A stretch of 64,000 nt of DNA, taken from Azolla caroliniana. Taxonomy: Eukaryota; Plantae; Polypodiophyta. The translations under genes were made by a program, and so were the position numbers. This document shows positions 14,401-28,129 of this stretch, in pieces (the stretch's first letter is position 1; every line of letters starts with the position of its first letter). The stretch covers positions 24,428,001-24,492,000 of the forward strand of contig JBHGNT010000003.1 of the NCBI GenBank assembly GCA_043228905.1, in the 5' to 3' direction. The notes beneath the pieces are model-generated. The model searched no databases. It saw only the letters and a program-made list of their open reading frames with translations, and was not told the origin of the DNA.

Positions 14401-15051
14401 AAGGGTACCGGCTTTTACCTTGTCAAATACATCGGCATAAGGATGATATTTTGCTGGAAGTTGTACTGAGGAGTCCTTCTTAATAGTGTTGGAAGGATGT
14501 ATTGATATTGCAAATAGGAACATTGCCTCCTTGGGTCCTTCTTCGCGTAGTTGATGGAGTGAAATGGTCGAAACTTGGTGAGTTGATTCTTGGGGTGGTT
14601 GATATCGGACTTCTCTTGTTCTCCAATCTATGGCTGGATTATGTAATTCAAACCAAGGTAATCCTAGGACAATGGGATGCTCTGGACGACTAATTATATT
14701 GAATGATATTACACACACAAAACTACCTAGGGCAACTTGAATGGGTTCTGATTCTTCTACAATATTCCCGGAAGCAATGGGACGACCATCAATGACTACT
14801 ACAGATGCGGGACAAGGAAGTTTTCTTAAGGATATCTGAGAAGCTTGGGCAAAATTTCGATCCATGAAACAAGAATTAGCTCCGGAATCTAAAAGTTCTA
14901 GGACGGGTACTGGGGGAGTACTTTTAGTACTAACAATGACTTGGGCTAGGAACACATTGCTAACTTGCTTGGAAGGAATGGAACCACTAATGGGCTGTAC
15001 AGATCTAGGGCTGCTGTCCAACCAAACGGCTCCTATTTTGGCTGGACTCAA
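11479..15051 (-). pseudogene. E1 pol (PR, RT YLDD, RNase H, integrase, chromodomain) with a CGA>TGA nonsense at about 12373
   Basis: ORFs 12373-15051 and 11479-12330 are collinear with the intact pol at 40998-44570. Confidence 0.92.
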
Positions 15052-16203
15052 TCGTTTAACTCTTCATCTAATTGACTAAGGATTTCAAATTATTTGAGAT
15101 ACTTGGGCTATTAGTACTATGAATACTATCAAACACTCTATTAGTACTATTAATACTATCAGACACTCCTAAGGGAAGAATTGACTCGGGTTTAGTACAG
15201 GCTACAATTTGATTTACCTGTCTTCTTGGCCTATGGGGACAATTGATTGCGATATGCCCTGGTCCACCGCAATAAAGACATAATCGATTTGCACGTCGTC
15301 GTTGCTTTTCTTCTTCCAATAACGGGTCGCGTCGACGCATGGTATCGATCTCCATCGGTGTCGAAGTATTTGCTTGAGGAATGTCTCGTGCAAATGGTCT
15401 AGCCGCGACTGCGGCGTAAGTGGGCTCCGGCCTAGCGCGTGGTATCTGTAATTGACGTTCCGAACGCCGTTCGAAGAGGCGGTTGTCACATCGGACCGCT
15501 CGACTGATTGCCTCCGTAAGAGACTTTGGTTCTTCGGGGAAGGTTAGAAGTAGATCTTTGACATCATTTCGCAGGCCATAGCGAAATTGCTCCATTAGTG
15601 CTTGATCATCCCAGGGTATGTCGGAAGCGAGTAGGTGGAAATCCGCCGCATAGGCAGAGGCTGGACGATCGCCTTGATGCAATCGCTGGATCTTGTTGAT
15701 TGTCGTCCTGATGCTATCGGTGTCTCCAAAGCAGGCTTTGAACTCACTAATAAAATCTTCAAAGTTATTAAGCAAGGGCGATTGCTTTTCTAGAAGCGGA
15801 GCGAACCATGCTAAGGCTGAGCCGCTAAGCAACGTGCCTATTAAGCCGACTCGGGAAGCATCAGTGGGGTATCGGGAAGGATGCATTTGGAGGACTAATC
15901 GTACCTGATTAAGGAATCCCCTGAATTACGATCGCGTTCCATCAAATTTCATAGGAAGTCCAATCTTCGGCTCTTTATGAAATCCTTGGGGACTTGATCC
16001 TTGTTGTTGCAATGCCGCTTCGAGTTGTTGCACCCGTAACGCTAACTCCCCATGTTGTTGCTGCGTTTGTTGCTTTTCTAGAGCGATTTGTTGCAGATCC
16101 CCTATCAGCCGTTGGTTTTCTTGTTCCAGGGCAACAAATTTTTCTTTAGGCACTGTAACTCGGAGAAAACGGATTGATATTCTTGGGCGCTAACAGTAGC
16201 CAT
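15048..16203 (-). pseudogene. E1 gag, frameshifted
   Basis: Fragments 15926-16153 and 15068-15886 match intact gag 39844-41001 apart from small indels. Confidence 0.9.
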
Positions 16204-19200
16204 AGTAGGGGGAAAAGGATAGGAGGATGAGGGAGAACGACAAGCTGGAGGAAAGAGGAAGAAAATTGGTTCAAACTGTCAGGAATAGTACTAAAACAGA
16301 GATGGAATTAGTACTAAGAGGAGTAGTACTATTAGTACTAAGAGGACGCGACTGCGTAAGATTCCCGAGAGAGAGGAAGTGAGAAGAGGAGAGAGAGAGA
16401 AATAGGATGATGACAGCAGCTCTTATATTATATGAAAGATAACTACAAATCGGCTAAGAGGCTTAAGACTGGTGTTGAACCAATTTGGTTCAAAACAATG
16501 CCTTGTGCCTCCTTTTATAGTGTTTTTAGGAATAACCCTGAAGCTTCTAGAATGTTCCAGAGAGATCTGGAATATACATCAATTTTCTATGATAAAGCAT
16601 AAATGAAAATAATATCCTACAAGTTACAATTCATGGTCTAATGGTAAGAGCTCGACCCATGTAGCATAAGGTCATGGGTTCGAGTCTTTCCATATCATGA
16701 CAGTTGTGGCACAAGAGGTTGTGTCACATGAGCGAGAAGGGGATGAAGAGGCTTGCAGACGACAACCTCATTCCAATGAAGAACGTGCACTTGGAGAAGT
16801 GCACTGATTGTGGCCGGTAAACAAAACCGGACCTCCTTCCGATCGAGGCCATCGATGAGACGTAATGCACCACTGGAGTTGGTGCATACTGATGTGTGTC
16901 AAGTGGACACGAAGTCACATGCTGGAGCGCAGTACTTCGTGACGTTCATAGATGACCACAGCCGGAAGCTGTGGGTCACACCGTTGAAGACGAAGGATCA
17001 ACGAAGGATCAGGTGCTATCCGTCTTCAAAGAGCTTCACACGAGAGTGGAAAGAGAAACCGGCCGGAAGCTGAAGGCGGTTCGAGCAGATAACGGAGGAG
17101 AATACCGGGGGCAGTTCAAGGAGTACTATCGCTCGAAGGGAATCCGGCTCGAATTTACCGTGCCGAAGACGCTGGAACTAAACGGGCTGGCCGAGACGAT
17201 GAACCGGACCATAATGGAGAGGGTCCGGAGTATGCTGGTGCATGCAAAACTACCCAAGAAGTTTTGGGCTGAGGCACTGTCGACGACGACATATGTGATA
17301 AACAGATCACCCTCAGTACCCTTGGACGGAGACACGCCAAAGAGAGTCTGGACCGGTAAGGAAGTGTCCTACCGGCATCTGAAGGTATTCGGGTGTCTCG
17401 CGTACGTGCATGTAGCTAAGGACCGGAGAGGAAAGTTAGATCCAAAGACCCGACCATGCATATTCCTCGGTTATGGCGACGATGAGTTCGGCTACCGAGT
17501 GTGGGACCTGGTCGACAAGAAGGTATTCCGGAGTCGAGATATTATCTTCATGGAGGACAAGACGCTCACCAACTGGGAGTTGGAGAAGAAGATAATGAAC
17601 TTCGATTCGACCGGTAAGGATCGATTCTACGATGAGCAGACCCAACCGGCAAGAGACCGGTTAGCACTCGAGGAACCAGCCGGTTACGGTGAGGATACCG
17701 AACCGGCAGAAGAAGAAGTAGAGGAAGCTGGAACCGGAACCGGCCAAGACCCCGAATGGGATTCGACTGAAGAGCAAATGGAGGAGTCAGTTACCGAAGC
17801 CCAAAGATGGAGATATCTTCTCAGAGAGAGAAGGCCCCCCCGGAGATTTCCGGATGTAGAGCATGTGCTGCTAACCGATGAGGGGGAGCCAGAAAGCTTC
17901 GAAGAAGCGAAGGATGACACCCACAGCCGAAAATGGTTAAGTGCCATGCAGGATGAGATGGATTCCCTGCATGAGAACCATACGTACGAATTGGTGGAGA
18001 TGCCGAAAGGAAAGCGGGCACTTTGAAATAAGTGGGTGTACAAGTTGAAACCGGGAGATGCCGGCAACCCCCCGAGATACAAAGCCAGGATCGTGGTGAA
18101 GGGGTTCCAGCAAAAGAAGGGCGTGGACTTTGACGAGATATTTGCCCCAGTAGTAAAGATGATCTCCATCCGGACGGTGCTGAGTATAGCGGCAAACATG
18201 GACCTCGAGGTAGAGCAGCTGGACTTGAAGACGACATTCCTTCACGGCGACCTCGAAGAGTAGATCTACATGGAGCAACCGGAAGGATTCATGGAGAAAG
18301 GGAAGGAGCACCTGGTATGCCGGTTGAAGAAGAGCCTGTACGGATTGAAGCAGGCTCCCCGACAATGGTGCCGGAAATTCGACTCCTTCATGACCGATCA
18401 AGGGTACTACCACAAGACGGAGGCCGATCAATGCGTGTTTGTGAAGAAGTTCGAAGGAGGTGACTTCCTGATACTCCTTCTGTACGTGGACGACATGTTG
18501 ATCGTCGGACGGGACCAAGCCAAAATACGAATGCTGAAGAAGGCTCTCAACCGGATCTTCTCAATGAAAGACTTGGGTCCGGCAAGACAAATGTTGGGGA
18601 TGCATATTATTCGGAACCGGTCAGTGAAGCAATTGTGGCTGTCACAGGAGAAGTACGTGACAAAGGTGCTTCACCGGTTCAACATGTCAGATGCGAAACC
18701 GGTCGAATCGACACTCCCGGCAAACTGCAGATTATCCGGTAAGCAAAGCCCGAAGACTAAAGCAGAGAAGGCTGATATGATGAAGGTTCCATATGCCTCT
18801 GCCGTCGGGAGCTTGATGTACGCAATGGTGTGTACCCGACCGGATATAGGCTACGCAGTCAGAGTGGTGAGCCGATTTATGAGCAATCCCGGCAAGGAGC
18901 ACTGGAACGCGGTCAAATGGATACTCCGGTACTTGAAGGGCACTTCGAATATGTGTCTCCAATTCGGCTCCGAAAAACCTCAACTTGACGGTTTTACCGA
19001 TTCGGACATGTCGGCTGATGTGGATACCAGCCGGTCTACATCCGGGTATGTAATGACATATGCAGGGGGAGCTGTTTCGTGGCAGTCGAGGCTACAGAAG
19101 ACGGTTGCGTTGTCAACCACGGAGGTGGAAATATTATGGATGAAGGACTTCATCGGAGAGCTCAGTATCCGACAAGATGAATACCGGCTCTATTGCGACA

Positions 19201-20732
19201 GTCAAAGTGTCCTCCACCTTGCTAAGAATGCGGCCTACCATTCTCGGACGAAGCATATCCAGCGAAGGTATCACTGGATCCGGGAAAGAATAGATGCCCA
19301 GGAGTTCGCGCTGACGAAGATCCACAAGGCCGAGAACGGGTCAAATATGCTGACCAAAGTACTGATACGCGACAAGTTGGATGCATGGCGGAAGCGAGTC
19401 GGACTAGTAAGACATCCCATGCCGGAGTGAAGGGGGATTTTGTTAGGAAATAGGTCCCTCCGGATGGGAAGTCAGAAGAACAGTATTGATAAGAAAACTC
19501 GGCCGAAACCGGATGACGAGTACCCGGCTACGGAGAGCCGGATGGTGTAGACCTGGTGAGAACCGGATGACGAGTACTCGGCAAGCGCCGGATGATGCAT
19601 GCCCGGTGAGGAGTGCTCACCGGATGAAGAGACATATTTGTAAATAACCGAAAAGTCATATTAGTATAAATATGACTTAGGGCAAACTTATGAATATATA
19701 GTTGTAGTCATTCTTGTTGGCGCAAGATTAGAGCGCGCAATTGTGTACAAAGAGAGTGAGAGAGAGGAAGAGGTCATTGCCTCTGATTATAACCACCGCC
19801 TGTGGTGAAGATAGCAAGCTCGAGGTCGTGGCCTCGGTGTTTTCTTATTGTACATTCTGACATAGTGATAGTTTGCGGTCTGTGGGCTACCGTGGTTTTT
19901 CCCGAGTTTGGGTTTTCCACGTAAACATCCTGTGTACTCTTCTCTCTATCGTGTTGTGTTTCATTCCTTGTTTCGTGTGTTTTATTCTAGGCTCGGTTGT
20001 GGCCAAGCGTTGTTCAAAGGGAGCGTGTAGTTCTTGTCAAGAATCTCTAGCAACACGAACTTGGTCTTCCATCATTAGCTTTTACTTTTGTGCAGAACTT
20101 ACAACCTTCTCCTAGAATGATGATCGGTATGGTGTGTCATTGAGACATATTCTTGTCGTTGCCGAGTAGTCCATTGCAGAAGCCTTCTTTGCTTTAGCTT
20201 CTTCAAACTTAACCTTGACACCACCATCACCAAAGTTCTTTGTAAGTGGACTTCTAGTTTCAGTTAAGTAAATGTTACCATTTTTCCAATAGACCAAGTC
20301 TTGATTTTCCATGTCTTTATATTCCGCACAATCACGTGATCGATGTTCGAGACTATCACACCACATGCATCGAGGTCTAAATGGTTCCCTTGACCTTGAA
20401 GTCTGACCATTCTTAAGCTTTGCCACTTTAATTGTTAAATCTTTTATACTTTGAACAAAATCATCAAGCAAAGACTCACTCTTAGTTTCGATCATTTCTC
20501 GTGGTTGATGGACCATTTCGTCTGATGGTTCTCGACCAAGTGTTTGAACTTTGATGTTTTGCTCAAGCGATTTGTGATTCCCACATGTGGTATTTGTAGC
20601 ATTGTACCATTCCTTTGCATTCTTGTCATAAATTTATTACAAGCATTTGTTACCTCATTCCAATCTGCAGCTATACCATCCTCGGTATTTGGTACTTCAA
20701 GCATAAATTCCAATTCTTTTCTATATCTCTTG

Positions 20733-23700
20733 CATAGTTCTAGCCAAACGTCTCAAACGTGTCATACTCATACGTGAATATTCGTATCATACTCATACGT
20801 GAAATGGCTCCAAGTATGATTGGAATCCATTCGTCTATATTTATTTTTATTACTCTAATTTATTTTTTAAAATATGAAAAATAAAATATAAACAAGATTT
20901 TTATAGACAAAAATCAAGACCATAAATTCATTGAAAACTAACAAAGTAGCATCCAGAGTTCTAAACATGAACTAAAATTTATCCAAAGTTCAAACATGAA
21001 CATTAAGCTTGAAAGTAGCTCTAAATTCATAGTACTAATAGTTAATCTCATCTCTCTACTCTTGAGGTGCATTGTCAATGTTAACATCTTGCCCATCATC
21101 ATCATCTTCTTCAAAATCCTCATTAACCATAGTTGCATGTTGTATTTGCAATAGCAAAAGCCTATCATCTTCTTCTTCTTTATTAATCATATCCAATGTC
21201 ACTTCTATATGGCTTGAATCTCTTTCTTTGACTTTCTTTAATAGACGATGGTTTATATGCAAGTATACTAGCTTCTCTATATGATCATGACTCAACCTAT
21301 TTCTCCTCTTAGTGTGTATCAATGAAAAGGTACTCCAATTTCTGTCAATGGGAGATGCACAAGTACCTTGAGAAAGCACTCGTATCACAAGTTTACTTAA
21401 ATTTGGGGTTTCTCCTCCAAATAATTCCCACCACTTAACACCATCTTTCATTCTAGTAGGATCATTTGAAGGTGGAAGTTGAAAAATACCCTTCTCTTTA
21501 GTTTTATAAGCATGATACTCATCTAATAAATTACCTTGCATCTTAATGTCACCATTTGCATATCGCATTATCAAAAACTTGAACATTTTCCCACCAAATT
21601 GGATGTAAGAGATATCCAATTGCATGTAATGGTGAATGTAACATTTTGCATCTATCCATGCATAATCCTCTAATTTCATCAAGTAACATGTTATTGATTC
21701 CTTGCATTTTATTTATTTCTTCTATCATTCGTCATGTACATTCATATATCAACCCCATTGTTGCACCTTCTCTATCCGCCAATCGCAACACTTTCAAAAT
21801 TGGTGAGCATATTTCCACTATCATCTTTACATTTGACCAAAAGGAAGCATTCAATATTATCGAAACTACTACTTCTGCTTGTTGCGTTTTAGATCCCTTC
21901 CATTGGCACCATTCTTCTTAAACCAATATACACTCTATCATCCAACAAATTTGATAGCACAATGAAACTATAAGCAAACATTGTAGTAGAAGGCTTCAAC
22001 AATTCCTTTTTACTAAACTTGCGAAACATTGCAAGCACATATAACTTTCTTGTGATGAACGTAGTAACCTTCAAACCTAATCTCAAAGCATCATTAACCC
22101 AAGCACATTTTCCTATATCCTCAAACAACAAATCAAGGCAATGACATGTGCATCGAGTAAAAAATATCATGGGCCACTCTTTCTCTATCATATGTCCCGC
22201 TACCACACAATTTGATGCATTATCTATGCATACTTGCACAACATTTGTTGGGCCAATTTCAAGAATGGTAGCTTTTAGAATATTAAAGATATACTCCCCC
22301 ATTTTACATTCTCCACTTATATCCACGGACCTCAAAAACACTGAACCAAACATTGATGAAGCTAGAACATTAATTATTGGCCTATTTCTAGTATCTGACC
22401 AACCATCACTGACTATAGTGCATCCATATATTTTCCATTTCTCTTTAATGCATGAAAGTTTATCTTCAACAAATTTTACTTCTTCATCTAAGTGCCTCTT
22501 TCCCAATTGGAAAGAACTTGGTGGCTTATATGACGGACCAGCCTTTGCAATTGCTTGAACCATATCATGAAAAAATGAACTATCAACCTTAAGATGTGGA
22601 ATATCCTCTACAAAAAAGAATCTTCTCACTGATTCATCGACAATTTTATTCAAACTTTTTTGCCAAGAGATTTGTAGGGATCCACCAGTATTCTCAATTG
22701 TCCTCTTCTTACATGATGAAGATGACATGTCAACTACAGATGCACAAGTAGATGGCATAACATTGGCATTAGATGTACTTGCCTTGACATTATTCTCACT
22801 TTCTGCAATAGAATTTCCATTAGCATTAGTATTTTCATGAGCATCGACATCCGATATCAATTTTTTTATCTCATCTTTTATTGCTCCAGTGACTTTGCGG
22901 CATTTGTCCACACCTTGTCCTTTTAGCCCCAAAAGATGGGCTTTAATTCGGTGTGGACCACCAACAAATACATGCTTGCAATGTTTGCATTCATTTATAT
23001 GCATTCCATTATCGTTTCTCTTCAAGACAGTAATGTGGTCCCATAAAAAGCTCTTTGGTTTACCCACACTACAATCACATTGATTTATAAATCAACAATT
23101 TAGGAAGTGAGCTAATAAATCTACAATCTACAATCACATTGATATGAATATATAAAAAAACATTAGAAAACTACAATTACATAGTTGGTATGACGAGCAC
23201 TTAATTCATTGTTCTTGATTTCAGTTGTTTCCTTTTGAAGTGCTTTTCCTTCTCAGAGTTTATTAAGTTCTATTCGATTTTGAGCAACATTGCCTCAATG
23301 TAATTCATTTCTATGTCACTTTCTATGTTACTTTCTATCTTATGTTTCAAATTTCAATATCAAGAATTTCTATGGCTGAAAGCCAAAAGGTTCAATGGTG
23401 ATTATCTCTCTCCAGAGGCCAAATTTCAATTAGATGAAAAACGTGAACAACTAGTTAAATTTTCTACATTATTACGAATCCTATATGGCCAAGAGGTATC
23501 ACTTTTCAGCACATTAAGACCTTCTCAATCCCATGCAAGACAAGTCACAAACCTAAGACAAAGATGCATCATGCAAATTGTTGTTTCTCTTCCTCTTTCA
23601 ATTATTCGATTAAAAAAACCAAAAAAATGGGTAGTGAAGGGGTGGGGAAGGACGGCATGTCTGGTTTTCTTATCCATTGAATGATGCATCCATTATCTGG

Positions 23701-24327
23701 GAAAAACATGCATTTGTAGTATGTACAGCCTCAAATTAAAGTTGATTTGCACATACAAACATCCATAATCCCATTTAGTGTTTTATGAGTTCTTGGGTTT
23801 TTTCCCAAAATTTGGTTTTAGGTTTTGATCTCATGCTCATTGATCAATGGACATTGGAAACACATGATTTAACAATTGTATAGACATCAGAAATACATGA
23901 TTTTGACAACAATTTACCTTCACGCTTCCAAGAAGAATCAAACGGGACAAATTGGTAAGGCGGCAAGTTGTAGGCGGGTGAGCGGTGAGGAGTAGCACCG
24001 AGCAGTGAGGAATCAGGAATCGGGAATCAAAAATTAGAAATTAGGATTGATGGAAGATTGCGCCCTGTTCGTTTCGTCCTTCACAGAAATCTGATTCTCA
24101 CGATTTTCTCCTCACTACTCACTCAGAGCTCTCGACTCTCAGTTCAGATTCATGAACACTCTGACTCTCAGACTCGTCACTCCTCACAACCCGTTAGAAA
24201 AAAACCCCCCAAAAAAACAAAAAAACCGAAAAAAAAAACCAAACAAATATCACGTATCATACGCGTACGTTTGCAAACGTTCACGTACGTCCAGTAAATT
24301 GGACGTACGCGAATATTAGGAACTATG
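20733..24327 (-). mobile_element. hAT DNA transposon, TIR CATAGTTC, 8-bp TSD ATCTCTTG
   Basis: ATCTCTTG at 20725-20732 and 24328-24335; ACGT-containing subterminal repeats; empty site present in the paralogous copy near 58355. Confidence 0.93.
21056..23067 (-). pseudogene. hAT transposase (BED finger, DUF659-like core, C-terminal dimerization domain), frameshifted and internally deleted
   Basis: CKHC..RIKAHL; GCTIVSDGWSD; DNASN; CTCHCLDL; WWELFG..RVLSQGTCASPIDRNWSTFSLIHTKRRNRL. Confidence 0.9.
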
Positions 24328-24669
24328 ATCTCTTGTCAACTGCTTGCAAAAATAAAACAACCTTTTGCGAAGACAAAGAATTTATTTCTTCTTGCTTTAA
24401 GTGTCCATACAATCTATCAAACTCCTTTTTTGTGTCAGCCACAAATAATCCTTTATCTTCTTTTAAGACCCATTCATGGAATGAACGCATAGTAACATGA
24501 GAGAAATCTTCACGAGAATATCAGACACAAGTGCTTCTTTGAATGCATTCCAATCCAAACTATGCAATGCATGTATTTCACGAATTCTATCTCTTAATTC
24601 CATGTCCACTAATTTATAAAAGTTTGCTATCATATTGACATCATTCACACCAAACATTTCCATTTTATC

Positions 24670-24726
24670 ATAACATATATTTACATAACATAACATAACA
24701 TAACATAACATAACATAACATAACAT
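24670..24726. repeat. (CATAA)n microsatellite at the C1 truncation point
   Basis: About 8 perfect CATAA units starting where homology to C2 ends. Confidence 0.9.
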
Positions 24727-25859
24727 GTCCTCCTTTGATTACCTTTGATTCAAGAGGACCTACCTTTCTTTTTTATATAGCCTATTGGAAGATCAATGTA
24801 TATAGGGGGGGGAAAATATACCCCTCTCGAAAGTGCCTTTTGGAAGAACAATATATAAATATACATTTGTATTTAGGGTGAAAAATACCCTTGAGCTATA
24901 TGTTTTATGTCCCATAATACCCTCATGTCTTTGTTATCTCTAAATGCATAATACATACATATATATGTATGTAGCGATGAGATCAGAAGCTCAACCGAAG
25001 GTTCCATCACATTCACATGTTGTGAATATAGGAATTAGAAGCTTGATGAAACTAACTTTGCAAGAGTTTGCCAACATAATAGCACTGAAAAGTTGTGCAA
25101 TGAGTTTGGGTATATTATGTGTATAGAGGATTCATTAGTCTCTCTTTTTTTCCAAAAAGGGGATTAATTGGTCTTGATCTTGGTGTTTGTCTAATTGGGC
25201 GAGCATCTTCATGTAATGTATAGTCTATTGTTGGTAACCACTTCTTGTGGTACCCTCTCATGCCTAGATAACTTCATGCCAATACATCTTTGTATGTGTG
25301 GAGTTCGACAAACTCTCTTTCCCCATCTCTTTCTAAGTCTATAGCAATGTAGATTGGTTAAAGCTATTCATCATCTCCCAATCTGATTTACTTTACTTGA
25401 GAGGGACGATCATAGACGATCCAAGGTGTCATTGGAACTTGTTTATGTTTACTTAGTACTACCCCTAATAAGAACAAAAAGTTGCAAACAAGAACAATAA
25501 AAGAAACATCCCAATCAAGATGAAGGTATTTCTCAATTGTTTATGCATTTGGATACTGTGGATATTGTTATACTAAATTTTGTAATGTATATGAACGGCA
25601 CATTCAAAATTACTAATAATTTGAAACAAAATCCAGTTAAAAGTGTGCTTGTATTAACATCAAGATTTCTAAAAAGTGAGTCCTATTGATGATACCTTAA
25701 AAGCACTTTTAGCGGTAGACCATCAACAAGGGTCTAAGCTCAAATTGAGTGCATAAATCAAAGAGATGTCACGATTCCATCGATAAGGATGTAAACCATA
25801 GTTATCACCATTCATTAGGAAACTCTTTGATGAAACATTGATTGGCAAGATGCTAATAC

Positions 25860-26460
25860 GCGAGATGGCTGATGTGGACTGAATGAATAAATTTTGCCTG
25901 TGATAAGGATGAGTGAAGATGATGGGGGTGTTGTAGTCGACTATCATGAATGGGTGAGGTTTTTTCATGGACATTGGCATGAGGCTAATCAGCCAGACGG
26001 TTTATGTGGACTGAACGAAGAAAATTTTTCTGTGATAAGGATGAGTGAAGATGGTGGGGAGGTCGAAGCCGACTAGCACGACTGGGTGAGGAAACGTTTA
26101 GACTAATTTTTTGTTGATTAATACAGGATATGTGTGGACACTGGCACCATGTTAATCAGTGAGATGGCTGATGTCGACTAAATGAAGAAAATTTTCTAGG
26201 TTAAGGATGAGTGAAGATGGTGGGGAGGGTTGAAGCCAATTATCAGGAGTGGGCGAGGAAACATTTAGACTAATTTTTGTTGATTAATACAGGATATGCG
26301 TGGACATTGGAACCATGTTAATCGGTGAGATGGCTGATGTCGACTAAATGAAGAAATATTTGTTGTGTTAAGGATGAGTGAAGATGGTGGGGAGGGTTGA
26401 AGCCAATTATCAGGAGTGGGTGAGGAAACTTTTGGACTGATTTTGTTCTTAACACAGGAT
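25860..26460. repeat. Degenerate tandem repeat, about 4 units of 130-170 bp
   Basis: GAGATGGCTGATGT.GACT..AAGGATGAGTGAAGATG.TGGGG recurs four times. Confidence 0.85.
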
Positions 26461-26502
26461 TACCAACAAGATATAATCCCAATTCAAAACTAGGTTCAAT
26501 CG

Positions 26503-26735
26503 TGCATTGGAAAAAGGCAGAGAAAGGTATATAAAGACTGAGAAGAGGGGCAGGCTGAAGAGAAACCAGGTTTTTTGGCAATGTTTAAGCCGATGTTTAC
26601 AGGTCCAAGAGTTTGGACAGGTTATGAATCTTGCATTGGAAAAAGGCAGAGAAAGATATATAAATACTGAGAAGATCGGCAAGCTGAAGAGAAACCAGGT
26701 TTTTTGGCAATGTTTAAGCCGATGTTTACAGAGCT
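26503..26735. repeat. Approximately 129-bp tandem duplication
   Basis: TGCATTGGAAAAAGGCAGAGAAAG..GCCGATGTTTACA at about 26503 and 26632. Confidence 0.85.
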
Positions 26736-28129
26736 AGAAGAAGACTACGACCAAGAAGCAGCAAATTACCTCAGCAGCTTGATTGGAGAGAGGGGATTTT
26801 TACTGCCAAATTGGTAGAAAACGACACATCACATGGGAAAGTTAAAGGCCAAGGAACAGGCACAAAACTTAGTGTTATTCTGTATGACGTTGAGCCATTT
26901 TAATCTATCTTATTCTATATGAGATTGAGCTAGTTTCTGTAGGAGATTGAAGAAAAGCAAATGGGATGCCAAAGAGAAACTAGTTGAGTCTGTGATGAAT
27001 ACCCAATTGTTTTCAAGGGAAAGAAGGAGGTGGCGGTATTATGGGTTTTGTTGTGTTCTATGGCTGTTTGATTTGTTCTATGACTGCCTCATCGGGATGT
27101 CTCCAAAACATCGTACATTTTCAGCATATGATCCCATGGAATATAAATCAATGGTAGTGGCAAAGAAGTTAAATGGCAGAGAATGGTTCTGGTTGGACAA
27201 TGTCCCACATGTTCAAGCAAAGGTGAATGGAAAAGAGGTGATAAAGAGGCTAATTCGTGCTAAAGTGGAGGCCTTCTCAAGGTTTATATGTGGTCTTATA
27301 GCTCGACGTAGCAATGGAATTTTCTCAAGGTTTATATGTGCTCTGCTAACAAAGGTGTTATTGGCAACAATGTAATTTTTCTGATAATATGTATTTGTGC
27401 AGAGGAAACAGTATTATGTACTATTTGTATATTGCCTGTGGCTTTTTATTAATACTAATGGAGCATATTTTTATGGAAAAAAGAAAAACATTGAATTTAT
27501 AACTATTAAGGCCATTAATCTAATATTTGCATGAAAAAAATTAATTTCGAGAAACTAGGTTATTGATCTCTTTGAATGCAAGTGATTCTAAGCTTATGCC
27601 AATTTCTTCTTAATACAGGAAACTAAAATTCAAAGGTAACAGGTCGGCCGATGTTGAGTATGTGGAGAAACTCTTCAAATTAGCTTTTGTTTGGTCTAAA
27701 ATGGCATGCAAACCAACCTCAACGTTAATAAGTGATTGTTGAACACGGTCCTTCCCATCAAGTCTATACAGGGTTTAGGATTTAGGTTCAAGTCCATTGT
27801 TTGAGGAGCATACCACCCAACGTACCTCAAGGGCCATACAGATTTGAGGATGTACCTACCCTCGATGTATACCTTTGTTCCAGCACAATAATTTCACTCA
27901 TCCAATCTTTCAATTGCTTCACTCATCCAATCTTTCAATTGCTTAATATAAATAGGTAGCTTTGAATAGCAGCAAGCAATTTCTAATACATAAACATATT
28001 TTAGTGATTTTCCCTACTGTAAATTCTTCTCTTTCCACAAAATGAAAAGCAACAAATTTACTCTAAGAAAAGCTTGAAAATAAAGCGAATCATCATCATG
28101 TATGTACATTTAGATTTCAACACCAAACA

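Larger units (their letters stand above)
11066..16702 (-). mobile_element. Chromovirus Ty3/gypsy, Tcn1-like, copy E1 (LTRs 11066-11467 and 16277-16702)
   Basis: TGTCA..TGACA LTR pair, PPT next to the left LTR, PR-RT-RH-IN-chromodomain order; flanks GCTAC/GTTGT give only a degenerate TSD. Confidence 0.95.
9758..19430 (+). pseudogene. Copia gag-pol polyprotein, disrupted and split by a chromovirus insertion
   Basis: ORF fragments 9758-10009, 10025-10483, 10619-11065, 16810-18026, 18036-18263 and 18270-19430; 11-bp duplication ACGAAGGATCA at 16990-17011 frameshifts integrase. Confidence 0.9.
9038..20039 (+). mobile_element. Full-length decayed Ty1/copia element (LTRs 9038-9727 and 19441-20039, TSD AGAAT)
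   Basis: TG..CA LTR pair; PBS TGGTATCAGAGC; PPT GAGTGAAGGGGG; gag CCHC, integrase, RT (YVDDML) and RNase H in copia order with stops and frameshifts. Confidence 0.95.
6861..24687 (-). mobile_element. Non-autonomous gag-protease LTR element, copy C1 (3' LTR 6861-7936), truncated at 24687; hosts the copia and hAT insertions
   Basis: LTR TGTCGTGG..CACGACA then PPT (TCCACCCCCTCT on +); internal pieces 7937-9037, 20045-20732 and 24336-24687 are collinear with 56576-58713. Confidence 0.88.

Noticed and set aside
11061-16707. Perfect TSD for E1
   Set aside because: Flanks GCTAC and GTTGT differ at three positions, so no TSD is claimed
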